Below are positions 24,407-35,312 of a stretch of 64,000 bases of DNA, in pieces. The notes under the pieces were generated by a model that saw nothing but the letters and a program-made list of their open reading frames with translations, did no database searches and was not told where the DNA came from. This DNA comes from Eukaryota sp. TZLM1-RC (lineage: Eukaryota; Protista; Metamonada: BaSk clade): the NCBI GenBank assembly GCA_040285825.1, contig JAUPSS010000003.1, forward strand, positions 434,001 through 498,000, in the 5' to 3' direction. Within the stretch, counting starts at the first letter, position 1, and every line of letters starts with the position of its first letter. Made by a program: the position numbers and the translations under genes.

Positions 24407-24537
24407 TGAGTATACCTTAAATGTAATGTATTACCAGGGCATGAGGATTTCCCTTAACTTAAGCGCATGGGCGCAATAATACAATAACTATTAATAAACT
24501 ATAAATAAACTATTATAAATATTGTCCAATTCTAACA
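24383..24537 (-). repeat. 5' LTR of element D; the gag ATG (24406) lies inside it
   Basis: Direct repeat of 17177-17331. Confidence 0.95.
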
Positions 24538-25018
24538 CCTAGGCATTTTCCGGCAAGTTGTCCATCGGTGAAGAGAATCAGGAGTAGGTAGTACATTCAA
24601 GGAAAAATAAATTGCAAACTTAATGATTCTAGGAGGTAGATCATCCAACTTGGACAACCAATAATGCGTTCATAATTTCCGAGCTTTGACATTATTCGTA
24701 GTTTCAATAAATGTGATTGAAATACGAAAGTGTGATCATTTTAGATGATTTAGAAAAACTTCATAAGGAGAGTGGCTGTGAATGTGATTTCCTGATTTGG
24801 ATAACAGAAGATCAATTTCGTTATTCAAAGCTGTTCTTCGTTAAATTAACTCCATTTTGAATAATATTAGGGAGTTTAGTAATAAGCGAATTGATGGCTG
24901 AGTTAATGTCGAAAATCTCGCATCACTAGACAGGTGGGGTTTTAGTAGATGCAAGTGTGAATCAAAAAAATGTAATTGCACCCATTACAAAAAAACTAAA
25001 CTTCGTCGACCCTCAAAT

Positions 25019-25942
25019 ATGGATCTTCAATATCTAGGCGCTTCTCCACCACCAGCAGACCATCCAGTATTTACTGAACAAGAAACTGCCGTATCTCCTC
25101 AAATACTTAGCCTTTTATCTGAACTATTGGTTGAAGAAACTCGTGGGCAAGCTTTAGAAACACTATCTCGGAACAGAGAATCCTACTCTTCATTCGCACT
25201 TGCCCTGTGGAACTCTGTTGGTGTCGTCACTGTCCTCCTTCAGGAAATCCTCTCCACTTATCACCTCCTTGTTCCTCCAGTTCTAACCTCAAGCCAGTCC
25301 ACTCGCGTGAACCATGCTCTAGGTCTCCTTCAAGTTATTGCCACTCATTCTGAAACCAAGATGTGGCTTCTAGAGGCCAATCTCCATCTGTATCTTTTTC
25401 CTTTCCTTGCTACTCAAACCCAAACCAAACCTTATGAGTACCTTCGCCTGTCTTCACTTGCAGTTGTGGGTGCCTTACTGAAGAGTGATTTGCCTATTGT
25501 GGTTCCTATGCTTCTCAAAACAGAGATTGTACCCCTTTGTTTACGGATAATGGACAGCTGTCAAACGACTGCCAGAACTATAGCCACATTTACCATTCAA
25601 CGAATTATTTCCGATGAATCAGGTTTAAACTACCTCAAAAACCATCCAGATAAGCTCTCCAATCTTCACAAGGTTCTCAAAACAAATGTTCTGGTCTTAA
25701 TTTCGAAAAAGAATTCAAAGGGAAGAGATTCTGAAGATAAGAAAGACGAACCAGATTTGCAGTTACTTCGCCTTGTTCTTCGTTGTTGGACCAGATTGGC
25801 TGAGTCTGGTGATAATAGGGCATTCTTTTCTGGTAATCCGTTGCCTGCTGAAGTCCTAGATGATTCTTTGGTTCAATTGTTTGGCTGTGATAAAACAGTA
25901 GTCAAGCATCATAGACTGCTGAGAGAATTGATTTCAAAGTAA
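25019..25942 (+). CDS. CNOT9: CCR4-NOT subunit 9 (Rcd1/Caf40)
   Basis: ALETLSRNRE, LWNSVG...LLQEI, NHALGLLQVIATHSETK, YLFPFL, PYEYLRLSSLAVVGALLK, TEIVPLCLRIM. Confidence 0.95.
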   Translation: MDLQYLGASPPPADHPVFTEQETAVSPQILSLLSELLVEETRGQALETLSRNRESYSSFALALWNSVGVVTVLLQEILSTYHLLVPPVLTSSQSTRVNHALGLLQVIATHSETKMWLLEANLHLYLFPFLATQTQTKPYEYLRLSSLAVVGALLKSDLPIVVPMLLKTEIVPLCLRIMDSCQTTARTIATFTIQRIISDESGLNYLKNHPDKLSNLHKVLKTNVLVLISKKNSKGRDSEDKKDEPDLQLLRLVLRCWTRLAESGDNRAFFSGNPLPAEVLDDSLVQLFGCDKTVVKHHRLLRELISK

Positions 25943-26366
25943 ATAAAAATTGTAAATTTATTTTTAGTTTTTTGAACTTTTTATTACTGTATTCTCCTCA
26001 ATAGAACACTCCTTTCACCTACTACTCAACTTTACTTAGGATTGTTCCGTGAGAGAAATTGAAAAACTAAAGCTCGTATCAAATAGTAATAGCAAAAATT
26101 GTTTTGTTTGGTTGCTCCATTCAAGGGTACATTCATGGAGGAGGGGTACAGTACTTTGAGATGTCAAAAACCCTAAATGTCTAAACAAATAGGAAAATAT
26201 TCATTTGAGGAAATCTCATCTAACAAAATCGCTGTAAAAGATATCCCTCAAATCTTGTAAGTTCCACAACTTCAATGATCAGTAGTTGAAAGCGTTTGAA
26301 CCTTAAAAATGAATTAATAATTTGAATCAATTTAAACAAAAAAGTTTATTCAAACTTTTTCCAAAA

Positions 26367-27131
26367 TCAAAAAACAAATTGCTTTAAAAAGTTCTTAACT
26401 TCACCCTTCACCACTGAAGGAATATAATGACCTCCTTCATGATATATGACAAAAGGGTTTGCAAAACACCTCGTTAAAACTCTACTTGCATCTGCTGGCA
26501 CTTGTTCATCCCCAAGTCCATAACAATGAAAAGTTCTTACATCAACTGCTTGACCGGAGTCTAGTTCACCCTTTAAATGAATAGGAACAGCAGTTGAAGA
26601 GGATGTTGATTTTCCTGTCTTACCAAGACTGCTGGGTGATAAGGGGAATGAAGATTTGAGTGCACTTTCAAAAATGTCAGTATTATCTTTAAAAGCATCA
26701 AAGTACGGTAGAAACCCACTGAATATTAAATAAAAACTAGGTTTTCTTATAACAGATTTAATTGAGGTATTTACAAATACAAAGCCTGGGGAACGAACAT
26801 CTGTACTGAGAAGAGTGCTAATAATAGCCACAATGGCTGCTCCCTGTGAAAAACCCAGTAATCCGTCAATTGGTACATCAGAAGTTGCTATATAATTTAA
26901 AACGTATTTAATAGATGCCTCAAGGCCACAGAGATCATCACCATCCCGCTGCCACCAACCATAGCATGCAGTGGGACTGGATTCATCAACGACATGAGGG
27001 GCATCAATAAAGATAAAATTGGTAAAAGACCTTGAGGGTTTACGAAGGGAACCAGTGCGATTACTAAAACTCTTTCCATCCGAACGGTATCCATGGAGAC
27101 AAAGGATATTTGAGTGCCGACTCATTGACAT
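26367..27131 (-). CDS. FSH1/OVCA2-family serine hydrolase
   Basis: ILCLHGY, FIDAPH, GLLGFSQGA nucleophile elbow, HCYGLGD, HEGGHYIP. Confidence 0.9.
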   Translation of the reverse strand: MSMSRHSNILCLHGYRSDGKSFSNRTGSLRKPSRSFTNFIFIDAPHVVDESSPTACYGWWQRDGDDLCGLEASIKYVLNYIATSDVPIDGLLGFSQGAAIVAIISTLLSTDVRSPGFVFVNTSIKSVIRKPSFYLIFSGFLPYFDAFKDNTDIFESALKSSFPLSPSSLGKTGKSTSSSTAVPIHLKGELDSGQAVDVRTFHCYGLGDEQVPADASRVLTRCFANPFVIYHEGGHYIPSVVKGEVKNFLKQFVF

Positions 27132-27358
27132 TGATGATGTTTGAAGAGAGAGATTGTGTATAAGACCAAATAAGAAATTATGAAATGATTTCGGAATTCA
27201 GAGCAAATCAAGATTTTGTAGAGGAAATCTTGGTTTAATGATAGTCGTCCCATTAGTTATGATTTAATTTAATCAAGTGTGCAAATTCAATAAATTAATA
27301 GAATTCAGATTAATTTTAATTTGGATTTATTTTCCAATCAACCAAACAGATACATCTT

Positions 27359-29139
27359 ATGAAAAAACGCATCATCAAAGTACAGGAACTTGTCTCACAT
27401 ACCTCTGATACCAACTGTCTTCACGTAGGACGCAAATCTAATCTTGTATATGCAACTGGTGGAAAGGATAAAGCTGTCAACGTTTGGACTATAGGAGAGG
27501 ATAACTTTACACTTGTATGCTCATCACCAATCTCTTAACTTAGTCACTAAAACATACTGGTGCTGTAGATTCTGTTTCCTTTGATCCTGAAGAGCAAGTC
27601 ATTGCTGCCGGTTCTGATTCGGGAAGCATTAGACTTTTCGATTTATCAAATGAATCTACCTCTCGTACCTTTGTTGGCCATCGAACATCAACCTCATGTC
27701 TTGACTTCCACCCTTATGGTCATGTCATGGTCTCTGGTAGTGTTGACACCAATATTAAGCTCTGGGATATTCGGTCCAGGAAGGACATTTGTACTTACCG
27801 TGGACACAAATCAAACATAACATCTGTCAAAATCTCTCCTCACGGGCGTTGGGTCATTAGTGCAGGGGCAGACGGACAGCTCAAAGTGTGGGACATTACT
27901 GCAGGGAAAGTTCTATCCACCCTAACTACTGAGGGTGGCGTTTTCACTTCACTTTGTTTTCACCCCACTGAGTTCCTTCTTGCCACTGGATCTGAGGACA
28001 GAACTGCCAAGCTGTGGGAGCTTGATTCATTTACTCTTGCTGCAAGCACTCCACTCGAAGCTACTCCGGTCACTTCTGTTGCTTTTGCTGGTAATGGACA
28101 ATGTTTGTTTACATCTACTAACACTTTATTAAAATCGTATTCAATTAACCAACACCAAGAAGATTTAACCAAAAGCCCTATAATTGAACTCAATTGTGCG
28201 GACTCAATAGTAGCTAATTGGGGACAACGTGCTTCTGATTCAGCTAGGGTGAGTGATTTGATTGTTTCTGGACAATCAAGTTTGATGGCGGGAGTTATAA
28301 ACGGAAGTCTCGCGTCTATGCACGTTGCTGATTTATCACTGATTGCCCCTATTGGTACACCCCCAGTTAAGGAAACAATAAATACGGAAGGAGAGAAGAA
28401 AGCAAAAAGAAAGCCAAGTCCGAAAAGGAGTCTTGAGGCGGATGGTAATGTTGAACATTACTCCAATTCAGATGATTTGGTAGATAATATGACTGAAGAT
28501 GAAGCAAAAAAGTCTTTTTCGAGTTCCCTAATACCTCAACCTAAAGATTCTCCACTCGGACTGGATCCTTCCCAGTTTTTGCCCCCCGATGATGTCAGCA
28601 ATCAATCAATTGATGAGTTAGTTTCCTTAATTAAGGATCAGACAAGCGTTCTCCAATCAGTTCTTATGACAAGGGTAACATCATTGAAAGCGGCATCTTC
28701 TCGATGGAACAAGGACATGCCCACAGCCATTAAGGAGTTGGTAAATAGAAATGACCCAGCTATTATAAATGATTTAATAAACGCTCTTGAACTAACTAGT
28801 AGTGATCGCTGCTCAATGGATTTAGAAGTTTGTTCTAACTTCTTAACCACTTTGCCTATTGTCCTGGAATCAAAGTTTGAGTCACATGTAGTTACAGGTC
28901 TTTCGGTTTTCTTAGGATTTGTCAAGACTTATGGTGACTTGGTTGCTGGTACTCTCAAAGGACCAGCCCCTATAGGTGTTGATTTAGAAAGAGAAGCAAG
29001 GAGAGAACGGTGTGCTTTATTCGCAAGGAACTCAAGGCCAATAGTTAATTTGTTGAAGAAGCATTGTAGTAGGAGCAATGAGGATATTGCTTCATTGGCT
29101 AAGTTGGCTTTAGAATCTTGTCAGTCGATACTACCTTAG
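27359..29139 (+). CDS. KATNB1: Katanin p80 WD40 subunit; exons 27359-27514 and 27544-29139
   Basis: Exon 1 (MKKRIIKVQELVSH...ATGGKDKAVNVW) splices in frame to WD40 repeats (SGSVDTNIKLWDIR, FHPTEFLLATGSEDRT) and a C-terminal con80-like GVDLEREARRERC. Confidence 0.92.
27515..27543 (+). other. 29-nt spliceosomal intron GTATGC...CTTAACTTAG
   Basis: GT-AG, phase 0; removal joins 52 codons to the downstream ORF in frame. Confidence 0.88.
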
Positions 29140-29211
29140 AATTTTTGTAAACAATTAAGGTTTTTTTTGAAAACTTATAAATGTATTTCTAGAATTAATT
29201 AAGTGTTGAAT

Positions 29212-31776
29212 TTATCGTGGCGTAAATGGTTCATTTTGGAAGTTGAAATATAGTGAATTTGAGTCTGGGATAATGCTATATGTTATTGTTTTTTTCCTCG
29301 GCCTACAGACTATAAATAAGAAAATTAAGAACAAAAAAACAATAAAAGGCCAAGCCCACGGAGGAATCAAAAACTCCTTTTCTATGGTAAAAGATTGCGA
29401 AGTTCCAGAAATTGAACACAAAGGATTAGATGAATTGAAAAAACCATTAAAAACTCCACTTTGAAATGGGAAATGGTGATTAACTAAATAATTAAAAGAT
29501 GTATTGAAAGTTTCAGAGGTTGAAATCAAAAAAAGAGAGCCCAATGATGAATTACTTATGAAGATCTGTAACGGGCATTCTGGTACACTGGAAACGGATG
29601 ATAACTCAAATAGAATCTTTTTGGGAAAGAAATAAGAAACTGAAAAAATTTGTCCCTGTTTCGGTTCTTGAAATTTTGGAGGTGAATAAATAGGAAACCG
29701 CTCTGACCGGGACGATAACAGACGATTACAGCTATCTGCAACAACTACAAAATACTCTGATAAGGGTTCAACATTCGACGGAATGACTGCATATAAATAG
29801 TGGATATTTGGTCTCCATTCCGCAAGAATTATTTCGTTTGCGGCCTTTCCAGTATGTGCAACTAGATAGACACTAATAACATCAATAGAACCAATGCTAT
29901 TCCAAGTAATGACCAAAGTAGATCCAGGAAACAAAAAGGCGTTTTGAAAATGCGATGTCACATGAATAGAGGCTTCTTTGACGTAAAAGGAAGAAGTGAG
30001 TGCTCCAATAGTATTTTTTGAGCTTTGAGCAAGTAACAATTTATAAACCCCAATACTTACTTCAGGACAAATCAGTACAGCATTAAATCTGTCAAAAAAG
30101 ATGGGAAAAACTTCAGTGGCAACACCATCATCATTAATCAAAAAGTAATCAAACTCTTCTGATTTGATTGATTGATCTTTGATTGACACTGTAGAGTTGA
30201 ACTTCCAGTACCAGGGATTGGATAAAGTAGATTGGGATAACTCTATCGTCTTTTCGAAGATGTAGAAAAGTTTTGATTGTTGGGATACTTGAGGAAACTG
30301 GGATGATTGAATGATTAGATACGATGGCCCAAAATGGAAAGTATCGTTGATTTCAAAGGAAAACGGTCTAAATGCAGGAAAGTCCTTGACCAAAGAGATG
30401 GACCTACTTTGTGACTTTAAAACAACATTAATTGAACTTAAAATCAAAGGAGCCATATTTGAATAAGACAGCATAACCGATTGCCCAACTTGAAAGCTAG
30501 AAAAGGGCTCAGGTTCAAATATTTTGAAAGGTGTTTCAATTATACTGAATATTTCAGAATCTGCGTCTCTTGATGACCGAGACTCTGCAACTATTCTGAT
30601 TCTACACTTACTGCCTAAATGAGATTTGGTGGGTGTGTAATCAAAAAAATCTTGATTTTGAACTGATGACGCAATAGTTGCCCATTCCTCAGACCCAGAA
30701 CAAACTAGTTTGATTGAAATTAGAGGGAAAAACCCCAAGGTTTTCCATTCTACTTGGAAAGGAACTCCATAGATTAAAATGTCCTCAGTCGAGGGACGAT
30801 TCACAATAAAGGCACCAAACGAAATTGTAAAAAATGGCGAATCAAAAACCTCATAAACATCTCTCGAATTTTGCAAAGTTAAATAATACTGTCCTTGGTC
30901 AACATCAGAAATCACCCATTCAAAAAACCCTAGACTGGAATTAATATTGGAACCAATAGTGATTTCATTTTGCGTATTTAATTGACTTGAAAAAGATGAA
31001 ATATTTGATTTCAACATAACATTAAAAAATTCAATTTGGCCCTCAATTTCCCAGGAAAATTTCAATCGCTGACCCTGTGAAAATGAATCAGACTGTAGAA
31101 GAATAAGGACTTCTGCGCCTTGAATTTCAAAGACTTTTGATGAATATTGACCCAAACTATCAATTGCTACTAAGAAAATATTCCTTGAATTAACCATCAA
31201 TGGGCTTGTTCTCCAGTGGAAAGAATTAACAGTGGAAACATTGGAAGCAATTAAATGTCTGGAATTATTATCAGTTTGATAATAAAGATCCACAAATGGA
31301 TGATAACCCTCAACAGCAAAGTTAATTTCAATCAAATCACCTCTATGGAATATTGAAGATTCAATAGGAGAAATAAATGACACGTTTCCTGTCGATAACC
31401 GGAATTCCGGCGATTTCCACCACTGGGAAACGTCAGCCGGGTTCTTAACTGTCAAGAAAACTGATTGGTCAGTGACAGAGGGAACTTTCCATTGCACAGT
31501 AATTCTTTTACTAGTTTCGTTCATGTCTAACTCAGAGATTAAAATATTATCTTTAAAGTACAGACACAGGGTATCAAAATCACCAGATATATCTAGCACT
31601 ATGTTGGAGGTTGATCCAACAAACCAAACATCGCTAGACAAGGGACTTAAGAAGGTCACTGAAGTAGACAGAGGGGAAGAATGCATGAGATCATCAGGAG
31701 GATCAACAGAGAGTCCATCAGCTGAACTGACCACAGAAAGAACTAACAATGTTATTGCAAAGGCATATAGTGACAT
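29212..31776 (-). CDS. Type I membrane surface protein with tandem Kre9/Knh1-like Ig-fold repeats
   Basis: Signal peptide MSLYAFAITLLVLSVVSSA at 31776; recurring P...G...I/V.W units; C-terminal TM WAWPFIVFLFLIFLFIV followed by basic residues. Confidence 0.7.
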   Translation of the reverse strand: MSLYAFAITLLVLSVVSSADGLSVDPPDDLMHSSPLSTSVTFLSPLSSDVWFVGSTSNIVLDISGDFDTLCLYFKDNILISELDMNETSKRITVQWKVPSVTDQSVFLTVKNPADVSQWWKSPEFRLSTGNVSFISPIESSIFHRGDLIEINFAVEGYHPFVDLYYQTDNNSRHLIASNVSTVNSFHWRTSPLMVNSRNIFLVAIDSLGQYSSKVFEIQGAEVLILLQSDSFSQGQRLKFSWEIEGQIEFFNVMLKSNISSFSSQLNTQNEITIGSNINSSLGFFEWVISDVDQGQYYLTLQNSRDVYEVFDSPFFTISFGAFIVNRPSTEDILIYGVPFQVEWKTLGFFPLISIKLVCSGSEEWATIASSVQNQDFFDYTPTKSHLGSKCRIRIVAESRSSRDADSEIFSIIETPFKIFEPEPFSSFQVGQSVMLSYSNMAPLILSSINVVLKSQSRSISLVKDFPAFRPFSFEINDTFHFGPSYLIIQSSQFPQVSQQSKLFYIFEKTIELSQSTLSNPWYWKFNSTVSIKDQSIKSEEFDYFLINDDGVATEVFPIFFDRFNAVLICPEVSIGVYKLLLAQSSKNTIGALTSSFYVKEASIHVTSHFQNAFLFPGSTLVITWNSIGSIDVISVYLVAHTGKAANEIILAEWRPNIHYLYAVIPSNVEPLSEYFVVVADSCNRLLSSRSERFPIYSPPKFQEPKQGQIFSVSYFFPKKILFELSSVSSVPECPLQIFISNSSLGSLFLISTSETFNTSFNYLVNHHFPFQSGVFNGFFNSSNPLCSISGTSQSFTIEKEFLIPPWAWPFIVFLFLIFLFIVCRPRKKTITYSIIPDSNSLYFNFQNEPFTPR

Positions 31777-31899
31777 CGCCTTGCAGCAAAGAAAGGTCAA
31801 ATAGTTGTAACCCGTTGAGGAAATGAATCTTTCATTTCTGTTTTTAGATACCGTTAATTTATTCCAAAAAACTAAACAACAGACCTTAAAATTCAATGT

Positions 31900-32760
31900 C
31901 TTCACGCCCCAAATCGGCCAAACAGAATTGACTGGAAGTTTTTCTTTCATAAAGCCGACCAAGAGATAACAAGGGTACATCACCATTCAAAATAGAAAAC
32001 ACAATTCTGTTCTGACAAAACATTTAGTCAAAAATTCTTCCTGTACGATGTTTCGTTATTTCGACAAAATCATCCAAGAAAGGTAAAGCAAGTGATCCAA
32101 GCGTGTCACGTGTGAAAAACCAAATGGACAAAGGGCATAATGAGTGTGAGATTCAACATTCAAGGATAGCAACTTTGCTTTATATTTGTCAATGTTAGTG
32201 TGTTCGGCAACAGACAGCGTATTCTTGTGTTTTGACTGAGCTAATGGTATAAAAGAATTATTGCACACATCAGTTGATCTCACATCAGTAATGATAATCT
32301 TCGCTTCAAGACCTTCAAGCACTAAATCATCTCTATTATGACCAAAAAAATTCAAAGTATCTTCATCAAGCAAACGAGAGAGTAAAGGTTCTCAATAGGA
32401 AACAATTCTGTGTGACTTTGACATACAATAGAGTTGATCTCTAACATCACCATGGACTTTTGATCGGAAAGTAATAAAGTGTTTACAATTAAAAAGATGA
32501 TTTGGAGAAATTTTTGATCCACATTTGCAAATCAAATTATGAGGCACGTTATTGGACCAAATGAAGCATCGAAGACGCATTGTACAAGAAAATGTAATAT
32601 CATTCAAAAGAAGACGATAAAATTGAGGAATTTGAATAATTAAACAAGATGAAGAACTACTTTGAGTATCTAACAAATAAACTGCGAAAGCGGGATTATC
32701 ATTTTTGACCACACCAAGACGGAAATTCAAATCCAAGCCTTCAAAAAATATTGTAAAACA
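31900..32760 (-). mobile_element. Degenerate CRE-like non-LTR 3' fragment
   Basis: CKCG...HLFNCKHF, HGDVRDQ, ITDV...KYK, LCPFGFS. Confidence 0.75.
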
Positions 32761-33930
32761 ACAAGTAGAAATAGAGTCATCAAATATACAACTAAAGCTC
32801 CACATACTTGAAACCCGCATTTCCCACAATGAAACAGTTAAGTACTAAAGATTCAGAAAGTTTACCAAAAGAAGGAAGTGAATCAGAAATTGATTTCATC
32901 ATTCCCTTGCGAATCGAAAACACAATCCTGTTTTGCCAATAAACACGATTAAAAATTCTTCGGGTTCTTTCCTTTACAACTACACAGAAATTCTTAAGGA
33001 ACGCCAATGCAGCCTTACCTAAAGACCCGAGCAAGTAAAAAACAAAGGGACATAAATTATAATACGCATGAGAGTTGTCATTCACATAAGAAGTTGGTTT
33101 CACGTATTTAGCAATTTAGTATTTTTCCCCAGCAAGAAGAGCATTATTGACATCAGAATTGATGAAATGTTCATCAGAATAATTACAATGGTTAACGAAC
33201 ATGGCATCTAAAATCGTGGAGCTTCCATTTAAGCCAAGAACAACCAAATCACCTCTTGTTAGACCCCGAAAAGCTCTATTGTTAAGTGTGTACTATCAAT
33301 ATTGGGGTCATCAAGAATTAATTTTGATAGCAAAGCCCTCAGAAGGAATCTACTCGACATGATTTGCACATGACATAAATTTGGTCCCTGACATTATTAT
33401 GCAGTTTACTAGTAAATGTAACAAAGTTTACAATTCAAGCGATGAGTAAACAAAAGAGGTTTTCCACATTTACGTGTGTAATGATCAGGCAAATGTTTGG
33501 CCACAAAAAACAAAAAAAACGCATGTTTAAAAGCCGTTCATTTTTTAAAAGGAAGTTTTTAAATAGAAGGAATTTGAGTTACTAAAGCAGCAGCTGCACT
33601 ATTACAAATGTCCTTAAAAAATTTCCGAAAGTGGGATTTTTAGTTTTGGCCAAGTCAAGTCCTACTTCATAATCCAAGCTTTCATATAATTTAACCAGAT
33701 GGTGCTCAAGCTTTTTCAGGCAAAAACGTAAATTTGGGATTGATCAGTTCGGAATTTCTTGAACATTCTGGGAAAAACACTGAATCCAGATATCACTGGG
33801 CAACTTATCTAATTCAAATTGAAGCTGATTTCAGTAAAAATTATATTCACTATTGATCAGATGAAAACCATAAAAGAACCTTTGGAAATTTCAAAAACAA
33901 AATTTTTTCGCTTCCTAAAAAAGCTGTTTT
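32761..33930 (-). mobile_element. Degenerate CRE-like non-LTR fragment, same family as 52578-55271
   Basis: Reverse-complement similarity, e.g. YNLCPFV...LLGSLGKAA...IFNRVYWQNRIVFSI. Confidence 0.85.
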
Positions 33931-35260
33931 AATTTTTAATGAATAATGAACCAATTTTCTAGTAAAATTATTGGAAATTGATGCATCTCAATTACGAAGC
34001 CACATTTTTTGTGGTACAGATTTTGGTGGTGTTGATTTTCATAAATCAAGCTACCTTTGTAAAGCTGTCTTTACTGGAGGCGGTAAAAATTATATTTTTG
34101 AATTTGTGAATCGCTTTCCAAAAAAGTTGATCTCATTGAAAACTGTGGAAGCTCATATCTTACTTCTTTACAACAGGAAATTGAAACTCTTTCACCAAAT
34201 ATTTGGTCTAAATGTTTTCCCTCTAAAATTGTGGAACTTCCTTCAAGAAGCATGCTATCCTTACCCTGGACTTTTGCAAAATTGCAGAAAAAAATCTAAA
34301 AAAAAATAAAGTCTAATAAAAAAATAAAGTTGAAAAAATAAAGTCTATAAAGTTCGAGAAAACTTGGATTATATTGTACGTCTTAGCTTGTCTAAAGAAA
34401 AAATCCCGTTTTAGCAAATTTTTTATTGATCTTGAAGACAGTTGTTCAAGTTGCCTAATCTCACAAATTCCCAACATTGATGGCCTTTTACTTAATGATA
34501 ACCAATGCACCACTGCAATGAGAATGGGATGTTTCTTATGGCCATGTTCGTTACTAAATGATTTAATTTGTCGCTGCAAGAGTGTGGTTACACTTTCCCA
34601 TATTTTAAACTGCAAATATTTTATAACTTATCGCTCAATTGTTCATGACTCTGTTCGTGGTCAATTATATGCCATGTGCAAAAGTTTCAATATAGAGGCA
34701 TTGATTGAGCTTTTAGTTCGTCTTCAGATCAAACTGATGATTACTTTGGTAAAAGAAGGGCAGATTTAGTAGCTCTAGGGATCGATGGTGTTCTCAATGT
34801 TGTGGATGTTGTCTAAGTAATTGTCTGCAAAAATTCTGCTGCTCGTTTAGTGTATTCCGATGATTCGCCACTATCTAACGCCGAAAAAAAGAAAATCAAA
34901 AAGTATGAAGAACCATTGGCACAATTAGGTAGAGTTGAACATGTGAAATATCAGTTTGTACCGTTTGCAATTTCTCTGTTTGGCAATATTGGACTTTCAG
35001 GGTTACACTTTTTTGAAGACTTCAAGAAAAATTTTACTGAAAGGTCTGGTAAAAAAATGAATTCCACTTTTTGGTTTAATAGAATTGTTTTTTGCATTTT
35101 CAAGTCTTTTACAACAATGATTTCCACAGCATTTTTTGCTATTGGTGTAGAATATGAACGAAATGATGTGAGTAGGTGTATTAATAGTGATGCTTGTTTG
35201 GAGGATATTGAATATTAGATAGAATTGAATTTCAATAAAAATACAGTACAATAAAAAAAT
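33931..35260 (+). mobile_element. Degenerate CRE-like non-LTR 3' half with A-rich tail
   Basis: HIFCGTDFGG, CRC...HILNCKYF, HDSVRGQ, KIKKY, FVPFAISLFG. Confidence 0.82.
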
Positions 35261-35312
35261 GCTATTTCACAGAAAATAGAAGAATTGGTAAGAACAATTC
35301 CACCCAATACAA

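Larger units (their letters stand above)
17177..24537 (-). mobile_element. Full-length Ty3/Gypsy chromovirus-like LTR retrotransposon (element D)
   Basis: 155-bp LTRs at 17177-17331 and 24383-24537 (3 differences); 4-bp TSD CCTA; PPT GAAAAGAAGAAATGGCAG; order gag-PR-RT-RH-IN-chromo. Confidence 0.97.

Noticed and set aside
24383-24537. Tf1-type self-priming by the transcript 5' end
   Set aside because: I found no separate complement of the post-LTR sequence inside the LTR.
31777-31986. N-terminal 70 aa of the 924-aa ORF
   Set aside because: Overlaps a retrotransposon 3' end that is also seen near 59845; a signal peptide starts at 31776.
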